Below, one piece after another: positions 37,091-47,099 of a DNA stretch of 64,000 nt. The stretch spans positions 1 through 64,000 of the forward strand of contig NMRA01000978.1 of NCBI GenBank assembly GCA_002633005.1, in the 5' to 3' direction. Numbering within the stretch: position 1 is the stretch's first letter; each line of letters begins with the position of its first letter. The translations under genes were made by a program, and so were the position numbers. Below the pieces are notes generated by a model. It was not told where the DNA came from, ran no database searches, and saw only the letters and a program-made list of their open reading frames with translations. The DNA is from Phoronis australis (Eukaryota > Animalia > Phoronida).

Positions 37091-39350
37091 AGTCTCTTCT
37101 CTATTAGTTCGTACACTAGAGTACGAACTATTTTTCCCGTGAGAGCTTCGTGTACGAATTAATAGACAAAACTGACCGTTCGAACTATAAGAGAAGAAAG
37201 TCGAATTTTCGAATTATTATAGATAAAGTTCGACTATGAGTCCAACGACGGCCTCTGAGACGTTGATTTGGCAATGCTAATTATAACCAGTAACAAATTA
37301 TTTTACCGGGGATGGATTTACTTCAATATATAATACTTAACTCTTTATTTTCTTCCCATGTTCGCAAACTTCAGGAACCACGCCGCCTTCGGAATCTCCG
37401 CTTTCTGCGATGTCGTCTGCCGCACTTAGTTTCCGACTGCAGTGCACTATATAATAATACATGTATTCGAAAAAAATCAGGCCAGAGAAATGTGACGGTG
37501 GTTTTGCCAACACTCCCAATTCGATTTAGAAGGGAAGCTCTCGGATTTTGAGCAATTCTCATACCTCACGGATAAGTGTCAAATTCTCCCTATTTTGATG
37601 AAATTCTCCAGACTTAAGAAGTTTTCTGGAAATGTATTTTGCCGGGTTACTGAGGATGTGGGGCGACGGAAAGGACCGTGTGCCTTACGGGGTTAATTTT
37701 CTACCTACGTGACTGAGTATTTGTGTATGATCTTGAAATAATAAAAATGCAAGCCAGGTTTTGTTTTTAGCTCATTGTCAATCAAGCTGACGTTAGCAGA
37801 TTTTACCAATGTCGCTGCAATTCTTGTTGTGTGCCCTGGTGCTTTATTGAAATTTCTCAAAACTTAGCTTTGTAGAGCAGTAGGCGCTTACCGTATTTCC
37901 AAAAAAAAATCAAAGGTGTTATAGACGAATAATATACGTGAATGTTTGCGGTAATAAGAAAATAAATTACGATACAATTTCTTGGGGCAAACCGCTCCGC
38001 CTAGGCTTGTCTGTGTAGATATAGTTTTGTACCTACCTGTATAGCCACCCGGAATAATTTTGTTTCTACATTGGCCAGCTTTAGCCGGAACAAAATTATT
38101 CCCATGGAATCGAGTCTGAAAAATCTACGTTGTCGACTGGCGACCCGGGGAATGAAAACTGGCGCTAGTGTACGGAGAGGAGAATAAAAAAGATCACTAG
38201 AAGGTGGCTACGAGCCTGGAACATCGAGCCTAGGGAACAAGGAGCTACCGATTACCCGAATAATTGGCGATTTGTTTACAAGTTATTTTTACCGACAAAG
38301 ATACGTATACGAACTAATTTTCGCTCGACCAGCTACTCTACGAATTATCTTTTCCCTAGGATCCCCACTGTACGGGTTCTTTAGACTCATCACGAGTCAA
38401 AGTCAATATTAAGCAAATACTTGTTGAGCAATGCCCTTGCAGTAACTTTTGATTGACGACTAGCTCATGTCCGCTTACCTCCGATTCTCATCTCCATTGC
38501 GTAGCGTGTTTCACGCAAAGGCAACTGAAGTTAGCCGCGCTGGCGTTCGAGATAACTTGAGACAGCCGCATTAAACTTTACGTTGACAATTTATTGGGTT
38601 ACGGAATCTAGAACATAAACATTCCCAACCATAAAAAACACCTGAATTAGTTTTTCAAACATTTATTTCGTTCTCTCTGAACTCAGCTAATATCAGCATA
38701 GTTTTACTCATGTCACGGGACCACTGCGGCCAAAAGTTTAATCCTCATGATGGAACCTCTGCAGCACGTGAAGATTGCATGCGCGCACTTCGTCACGTGA
38801 GAATAGTTGCAATCCAAGTGGAGCACTGTATAATCACTTTTCGTCTGCCCACTGCAGTCACCGGAATCAGCTCTAGCAAGAATACTGTACGGCACGGTAC
38901 TGCTTCTCCGCACTTTTGTAAAATTATTCGTGTAGTACTAATCTGAGGGTAACAGGACCTTGTTGTAAAAATCCACTGTTATCACATTTTTACCGCTATT
39001 TGGCGACACACTGGAAAATCTTATCGCTAATTCCACATTTTTCCGTCGCCAAAAATGGCGATCTGAAAAACGACTTTTCGAGCTTTCTGCTAGCGTAGTA
39101 AAGCAAATAACGGATTCCGATCACCTGAATAGAAGTGGCGCTTATTGATTTGTGTTCTTTTATAAGAATGAAAATTTCCATTTTACCGATCCAAAAAGCT
39201 TGTACGAATTATTTTTCCGAACCAAATATGTGTACGAACTATTTTTTCCTCTGACGCCCACTGTACGAACTATTGGAGACAATTTTAAGCCCTGTTTCAA
39301 GGGTCCTGTACGAACTAATAGAGTGCACTCGAACTAATAGAGAAAACACC
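37090..39350. mobile_element. 2.25-kb non-autonomous TIR element with subterminal GTACGAAC/T repeats
   Basis: TTCTCTATTAGTTCG (37097-37111) inverted at 39330-39344; ta|CAGT left end; clusters of tacgaact/tacgaatt at 37105-37230, 38305-38350 and 39200-39340. Confidence 0.7.
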
Positions 39351-39437
39351 ATTATTATTATTATTATCATTATCATTATTATTATTATTATCATCATCAT
39401 TATTATTATTATTATTATTATTACTATTATTATTATA
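39351..39437. repeat. (ATT)n/(ATC)n microsatellite
   Basis: Read directly from the sequence. Confidence 0.97.
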
Positions 39438-39472
39438 GAATTCTTTGATGACAATTGAAATAAAATTCTTAC

Positions 39473-39689
39473 ATGCCAGTGGAGGTTTTCGGCGGGTGTT
39501 GAGAATTGGTGCTGGTTTCAGCAGAACACTTGTTTTCGGTTGATGACGTTTTGGTCGTAGTGCCTTTGATAGGGGTCCAAATATGTCGTCAGTCAACGGA
39601 GGCCATGGATATCCATACCAATGCGAGCTAACGTGACTAGCACAAAACAGGATAGAAACCAATACCAACAGTACCTTTGTTGTTTTCAT
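39473..39689 (-). CDS. First coding exon of a secreted protein or peptide precursor
   Basis: gaaacATG context; MKTTKVLLVLVSILFCASHVSS signal peptide; KR and RRK basic sites; phase-1 donor T|GTAAGA at 39472; upstream TATA box. Confidence 0.65.
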
Positions 39690-39784
39690 GTTTCAGTGAG
39701 ATTTGTTCGCTGTGTCTAGAATTGTTGCTCTCAAGTTGCATTTTATTGGCATTCGCGAGTAGGCGTGGCTACGATGTTACGCCG

Positions 39785-39792
39785 TATTTATA
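39785..39792 (-). promoter_or_regulatory. TATA box
   Basis: TATAAATA on the minus strand about 96 bp upstream of the ATG at 39689. Confidence 0.5.
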
Positions 39793-39942
39793 AACAACCG
39801 GTTTTGCGAGTTTGCTCACCTCGGACAAAAACTCCTGGACTGACACCTGCTGTACGTGACCATTGTATTCTATTATTAGAGATTGCGACCAATAGTGCCG
39901 TTTTGAAGTGTTGAAATTTTTTATCCCATACGCGCTGAATAA

Positions 39943-40099
39943 GTCGAGTGCAATACGGCATGTAATATTGTTTTCCTTATTCACCTCCCGCACTACTTCA
40001 ACAGTGCCCTCTTGCATGGAAAGTTCAGAATGTAGGTCAATGTCAACTCGACGTCGTTAGCCGGTTTTGATCATCAAACTTTCCGAATATAGTTTAAAG
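39943..40099 (-). repeat. Inverted copy of the 30930-31085 repeat
   Basis: Reverse-complement similarity. Confidence 0.8.
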
Positions 40100-40384
40100 T
40101 AATACAATTGCAGCAATATAAATAACACTGATCGACATGCAATCAGGTCCCGAAAGTGACATCTGGCTCAAAACCATTAATTATATGACACTTCTGTCTC
40201 AGTTTTCAGTTGCTAAATATTATATCGTCTGAAACTCAGGCGTCGATTCCTCGGTAACTACAATATCAAATATTGCTGTTATTTAACTATATTCAGGAAA
40301 GGTTACAAGTTCAATGCCTAATTACCGTTGTTTTCATCTTTGTTATCTCTATTCAAGTAAAAATTAATTACATTTAAACTCTAT

Positions 40385-40535
40385 TTTCCTTTTCTAGAGA
40401 AATATTGTAACCTAACGCGCAAGTATATACATATAGGATGTGATCCGCCACGTGAATAGTCTGGGTGAAATATTCAAAAAATCTGCCGAAAAATGAAAGA
40501 AACTTAGGAATTCGAAGCGTATGGGATAAATACAA
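40385..40535 (+). repeat. Interspersed repeat with a direct copy at 42280-42410
   Basis: tgtaacctaacg.gcaagta.atacatataggatgtgatccgcca.gtgaa..aaatgaaagaaacttaggaattcgaagcgtatggga in both. Confidence 0.85.
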
Positions 40536-40729
40536 AACGTACTTCGATTGGCGTAGATGATGTAATGACCAACTATTTCAGGAAATATTACAAGTTCAAT
40601 TACCTTGTTTTCATCTTTGTTTTCTCTTTTCAAGTAATAAATCGTTACATTTAAAACTGTCAACAGCTTATTAATTAAAGTGAATTGTTCTTATTAAAAT
40701 GACATAGACAGAAATTGAATTCCGGGCGT

Positions 40730-40950
40730 CAAAAGCGGGGCCACCTATATTAATATGGTCGGCCCCGCCGAAAGGCAGTCGGAGAGCGGGCATCTATATT
40801 AATATGGGAAGGCCTCGCCGGAAGGCGGCTGGAGAGCGGGGCCACCTATGGGCCCCGCTCTCCGGCCGTCTTCCGGCGAGGCTCCTATATTAATATGAGT
40901 GACCCCGCCCGATGAGCGAGGCCGTCAATTTTAATATAGCCAGTCCACTT
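40730..40950. repeat. GC-rich direct and inverted repeat cluster (gagcggggccacctatattaatatg units)
   Basis: About 5 units; central inverted pair cctcgccggaagg.ggc.ggagagcggggcc / ggccccgctctccggccgtcttccggcgagg. Confidence 0.8.
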
Positions 40951-43428
40951 CAAGGGGGCCACAGAATCTATAGGCCACTGAAGAGCAAAGTGCGTTACAT
41001 TATTAGGATACCCAACATTAGTATAGGGTGCGCCACTGTTTGACTACCATTGGTCACGGCCCCTGACTATTACGAAGGGTCCCAATGTTCATCCATCTTC
41101 TCGCGGGGTCCCGTAAAATTGCATATTTGGTCTGCTTTTTGACTGACTTTAGGTGAGGCTCCCTATCATAATACAAACATCTTTGTTCTTCAGTCGCCTT
41201 TGGGCTGGGCCCCTCCAATCACATGACAGAATATGAATCGCCACGTAAATCATAGCCAATGACTTCAAGTCAAATAAGACTTTCCATCACCACACAATGG
41301 ACCACGAGCTTTAATAAAAACCTCAAACGCAAGTTTGTGAATTCTATCAACTTCAAGTGTTAGCTATGTTGAGGGCTCAATTTGCTTTTCCAGCCAGAGC
41401 CCTGCCTGTGATGATCAACTCCACACAAGGCGACACAACATGTATTAAATTTTGAAAAATATCACTTATCGATCAGCTTGTTGAAAGTTGTCTCATTGTT
41501 GTACAAAATATCTCGATTGTTGTCCCGTGATGCACCCCATGACCTGAAACAGTTTTGAGCATTCCCCTTTCCTTTGACATATTTTGTTCTTACTAGAAAG
41601 AACAATGGAATTTATGCATTTTATTTATTGTGCCAATTTCATATTTGCATGGTAAGCCAATGTTTTGTTTAGTTTCATAATATTCCTTTCCCTGATGCTC
41701 AGAGCGCCCGAGCAGACAAAATGTTTAGGGGCACCCATTATTGCATTTGTCAATAAATGTCAATTAACCAACGATTCATTATTAAGTTTCGACACGTAAA
41801 CTATGTTTTAAAATAAAATTGAAAGGGAATAGATTGGCTCCCCGTCCTTCAACCATCAAATGGTTCCTATGCCTATACTGTACTGCTCAGCCCCTTCTCA
41901 GTTATAACTCCAACCCCTTCCCTTTGGCATCATGGTGGCACAAAAACGGAAAACATTAACCTCTAATGGACCTATTTATTGAAAATCAGTGCATACCTAC
42001 GGTGTAAAAATTTGTCAATTGTACACTTCGGCTGTAGGTCAAGGGAATTTTGTCTGCATGTACCTTGTGAACGTACATTGTCCGTGGATGAGGTAACAAG
42101 TTTTGGAATTCAGCTAGATTCCAAGTTTAACCACTACAAAAACATGGCCACGTTACACTTATCTCGCTAGGTTTATTTCTGGTTACACTCAAAGTCTCTA
42201 ACTCAAAGCTACACAAGATACGTACTTCACTCAACTGCATACCCTGTTTGGCAACAGCCGGGCTGTTTTGTAACAACAGTTTCTTTTCCTAGAGAAAACC
42301 TGTAACCTAACGTGCAAGTACATACATATAGGATGTGATCCGCCATGTGAACATTCTGAGTGAAGTGAAATGAAAGAAACTTAGGAATTCGAAGCGTATG
42401 GGAAAAAAACTCGACATTATTCCGCGTATCGACCGAGACCGAAGGTCGAGTAATGCCTCGTGGGATATTACGTCATCTACGCAATGAGCTACATAACTGA
42501 TATAGCTCAGTACGTTTTGTGTATTTATTGTCTGGCGGCTGCCACACAATTTGATTGTCATAAGTGAGGTGATAAGAAAATTGAAGATGGACAGAGACAG
42601 TCTTGCTGGTCTGTATTTTCGAACGCGTATGACACATACTGAAATACTTTGTGTATTGGCTGTAAACCACACACTATTTTATTGTAAGTATGAGAACTCT
42701 GAATTGAATACTTAAGCGTCAACAGCTGTTCAGAAGAAAACATTACACAAATATCTTTAATGTAGCGCTATTTGCAAAAATCGAAATTTTATCTTTTTGA
42801 AAAATAAGAAAGTCGTACCTTTTTGTCTACATTTACATTGTTCCGGTTCTTGATATTCTGGAGGTGGGAGCATTCTAATAAATAAATCGAGAAAGTTGGA
42901 GGTGAGTGAACTATTCCTAAAGATACTCATCCCACTTCATTTCATAAAAGGGTTGTTATCGCAAACTATTTTACTCGAATCCTTAGCTCAAGTAACGTTC
43001 TTTCAACATAACATCATTATTTTAAAATAAACTTGAATTTAATATAAAGTTAATTTTGGGCGGTGGCAAATCTCATTAAAAGCCCTTAAGACTTTTACAA
43101 GATACATGTTACAGCGGACGCCGGAAAGAGAAGGCATATAAGTGTGGGTGCATAAAACGCCACCCTTATTAAAATATCGTTTCCCCCCCTATCTGTTACA
43201 CCTCTGACGTATATAGGTATGGAAATATTCATCACTTTTGGTTTCATAGTTGAAATGGCATACTTAAAGGAGAATGCCACCCGATTTAATTAACCTTTTT
43301 TGCCGTCTTAATCGGTCTATATCCTCATCGCCTCTTATACGGTCGACCTCCCCTTGCCGACAGGTGTCGCGTTAACCTGTCGAGGAAGGTGAGAAACGAC
43401 GCAGCAACGTCAGTGCTTCATCTGCAGA

Positions 43429-43701
43429 GTGAATGCCGCTATAATTTGGTGCATCGTTCCTGCTTGTCCGAAATATGAAGCTGCAAAGAAAGCGGGTGTA
43501 TCGTTTTTTCGACTTTTACGAGAGCCCGAAATGCTTAGGAAGTGGCTCGCGATACTGAAGAATGAAAAGTTCGCTGTTAATAGCAAGTATGAGGCCGTGA
43601 ATTATCTCCGTCTCTGTGGCCGGCATATCGTCGACAGTGATTCCTCTGACGAATTCCGCCTTACCAAAGAACTATCCATACGTTCTGCTGCCTGTGCATG
43701 A
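43429..43701 (+). pseudogene. THAP-domain ORF (truncated transposon protein)
   Basis: WCIVPAC...VSFFRL.REPEMLRKWL...LRLCGRH, a C2CH THAP signature. Confidence 0.8.
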
Positions 43702-43846
43702 TCACGGCCCCTTTCTAGTATTTCTTGATCAGTGTATTCCTGTTCAAACTGATAGCCTGCGAAACCTAACGATCCGACCCGTGAAGTCTTCGTCGGATGA
43801 GCTCTCTACCAAGTCGGGATTGGCGACGGGCGATCGAGTTGCCATG
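43700..43846 (-). pseudogene. N-terminus of the P2X7/nanor-like ORF
   Basis: MATRSPVANPDLVESSSDEDFTG is homologous to the ORF at 11246. Confidence 0.7.
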
Positions 43847-45394
43847 TAGACGTGTACATGTACATTATGCATGTTAACTATCACCGTCTCTTGACAGACT
43901 ACCATGCACATTTTTGACAGGTTCAAGAACTAGTCCATAAGAGCACCAGCATTCCAGCGGCAACGTGGTGGTGAACCAGTATCCACCAAATTGGCCAGGG
44001 ATTTCTCTATCGGCACGTTCCACACTTTTAACCTCGTTGTTCTCACATTAAGCTTTGCTTGCTTTGAATGCAAGGATAGATCCGAAACTGTCTCAAATAA
44101 CATAACTCAGCTGTTTTCGCGGCGTATGCGCGTACATGTAGCTAATCCGTAGCGCGTGACGGGCCACCCCTCTAGAGGAAAAGTTCTACCACGTCCCAAG
44201 CATTGAGAAAAAGCTCTAGATTCAATGACAGGTGGGGTCAGATAAATGTTAGCATCTGACGTACGTGTACATGAACTCGATTCCCAGGAGATTCTATTAG
44301 AAGGGTTTTTCAAAACGTTATCGGAAACACAGAAAAGCAAATCAGACTTTCTGATCATTCATGCGGAGTCTGGTCAGAATTGACTTGATAGCCAATCATA
44401 TTTTAACCAAAGTTGAATATTCTCTATTTCTAGCAGCAAGTTGTTGAATCTCCAGTTTCGGCGCAATGTGTTTAAAATAGAGTATCCACTGAATAACTCG
44501 TCCTCTTTCCTGAATTGATTACGACGTTCTCTACTAATTTCTTTCAGCAAATATTGAAAAAGTGCAGAATAATTAGCAACGATATGTGACTGGATTTTAG
44601 CAGTTGAAACTCACACCAAACGTCTATCGTTTCAAAATACCTGGATTGACTAACAACTTCCTCAATAAATGACATTGTGCACGAAGCACACGGTCGGTAC
44701 ACATCAATGCTCTCAGATGCCCGTGCAATGGAACTGAACAAAAACGAAATGTATGTTGTATTAATAACGTTACCAAGGTATAAATGCCAGAGATGACATC
44801 TAAAAAACGCCAACGTTTTCTAAAATGTCATTTCGTTTAATGAATTAAATATCCTGTTGTCTTTTCATGAAAGTCCTTATTGACGTTCCCTTCTGTGTTT
44901 TGAAATGAGTTGCAGTAGGTATACTATCCAAAAGCTTCACGTGAAACCGATCAACCAACTCTGAGACACGATGTCTTATTCTTCGAGGCTTCTACATTCA
45001 CGTACATGTATACCCATAAGCCTAAGCGTACGTCACGTTACTGTTGCTGGGGTAAGAGCCAGGCGAAGAATGCAATATCTAAATGTAAAATTGGGCGCCA
45101 TGACAACAAATTCTTTCTATGCTCATAAATTCGGCATTGTTCATGGAAATTTGGTAGTACAAACACCAACCTCGAGAATTCATTTGCGATAAAAGAGCTC
45201 TGCAATGGTTAGAGGTGTTGAGCATCTGATCATCATGGTTTGTGGTGACACCTGTTACAGGTCTATTGAGACGGAGATCTCTTATTGTCGTAGCCCTTTA
45301 AGTCAGGAGAGCTTTTTATAGACCAATTTTTTGCTAGCAAAGCAAAATGCGCAAGAGCACGGAAAATCGCACGACGTGAAGGCCTTATTGTTTG

Positions 45395-45533
45395 CAGTGA
45401 CGGATTTAGAGTGGGCCAATTGGACCATAGCCCCCGCTAAGATTCTAGATTCCATTTGGCACTTCTGTTGTGCGAATGTCTGGCCAATACTCTGCCCTTG
45501 CCCCAATAACTCAAAATCCTGGATCCGCCCTTG
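45395..45533 (+). mobile_element. ~140-bp MITE, copy 3
   Basis: CAGTGACGGATTTAG...CTGGATCCGCCCTTG with GTTTG/GTTTC flanks. Confidence 0.8.
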
Positions 45534-46335
45534 GTTTCGCAATACTACATGTATTCTAAACTACTGGAATGGCGCTCGTGAATTGGCTGTTCGGTGAGGT
45601 TGGAATCCTGAGTGCTTGCATTTCTGTGTCTCCGCTACGTACAGTGTAACATTTCCTCACCGTAAACGTACATGTACATGTATGGCTAACACCATAGGTC
45701 CAGGAACGCAGTCAGGCTATGAGTGTTGACGAAGAAGGCCGGAATTTATAGTTTGTGAACATTATACGGCTTACATGTATACTGTGTAGAATATCGGTAG
45801 GGCAGCCTTTCTCCAAGTTCCCAAATTTGTGTAAATTTATTCTTAGTGTTTTGCTGCATACATGTAAGTCATTATCACAAAATGAGCAGTTATTTTGCAT
45901 TGTTTGCTCAAAATAACATCGGTTATACCACAATATCCGGGTCGAATGGTCAATACAACCGTGTGAAGTAACATTTTGGCGGGAGCCAAGGCAGGCTCCG
46001 AACCCGGGCCGCATGAGTTTCGGGTCGTCGACTTTACCACTGTACAACTCCACGTCATCGAACGTGAAAATAGAATACTTAAATGAACACGTGCAACAAT
46101 AGCATGTTCAGCAAAGGGCATTGTACCGACACTTATACATGTACGCTATGAAAATAAGACGCATAATTTCCATAAAAACGATATTTTAATTCAGTGAAAT
46201 TTTTCTCTCATGCTTTCTCACTTTTAAATCACCGATCTCGACCCAGGGCCTCTGACATAGAAAGTAGTTACAAAGCCGATGCGAGTTGGAAAAAGGTAGA
46301 TCGATTCATTGCAATGTTTCTCGTACAGTACAATG

Positions 46336-46499
46336 TATGTGGTATAAATAGATTATTACATGTTCTCAGTCGTTATCCCCCTTATCTAGAGCCCTCGTGG
46401 ATTTTGGCGAGTTATCACCTTTGGGGCGATAATTCTCCAAAATCCACTCGGGCTCTAGAATACAGGGGATAAAAAACTTCGCCATGTAATAATCTATAT
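46336..46499 (-). repeat. Palindromic interspersed repeat, most complete copy
   Basis: tagattattacatg..tctagagccc..gtggattttgg / ccaaaatccac..gggctctaga..catgtaataatcta fold-back. Confidence 0.85.
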
Positions 46500-47099
46500 T
46501 TATTTACGCAATGCATTTCAGAGGCAAAGGTGTCCTGTGTGGCCATAGCCAAGACGGAAGTGATTATCGAACATTTCAAAACCGGCGTCACCTGTAGCAC
46601 TGCTTAGTCGGTAACCTACAACTTCTGCAGTGGCACGTGCTTGGCTGACACAGGATCATCCTTTTTCAACAGGAAGTGCACGTGTTGCAAAGCCTATAAA
46701 TCATCTAGAAGGCCTCTGGAGATGACTTGCAGTAAGTGAGATCGTGCATTCTACAAAAGCTTGCTTTAGTACGACGTGAAACAAATGTGGGTGCATTATT
46801 CCCGTGCAGTGACACCAGTCTCGCCCGCTTCTGATTTTTTTTGCCTTTCCGACATCATTGGGAAACATAGGCGGTGGGCCGAAACTCATAGCATTCATTG
46901 TTGTGCGTACTTTGGGGAGGGGGGGGGGGGTGAGACAACCTAGTTTTGCCTATGCGACTACACCTGTAGCTTTTGCACTTATAATTCAAAATCCAAAATG
47001 TTCCCACGCCTACACTTCCACATTGTTTTTAAAAAAGTGTTTTTCTTTGCAAGAAATATGCACATTTCTGCCAACTGGTGGGACTTTTCTGTTAAATTG

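Larger units (their letters stand above)
43268..44425 (+). mobile_element. Kolobok-type deletion derivative, copy 2
   Basis: ttaa|AGGAGAATGCCACC left terminus matches the 11905 end of copy 1; homology is clear to about 43850; right end is tentative. Confidence 0.7.

Noticed and set aside
39239-39458. Poly-Ile and poly-Asn ORFs
   Set aside because: Translations of the (ATT)n microsatellite.
45712-46053. 113-aa Cys-containing ORF
   Set aside because: GTG start, no recognisable domain and no clear acceptor site.
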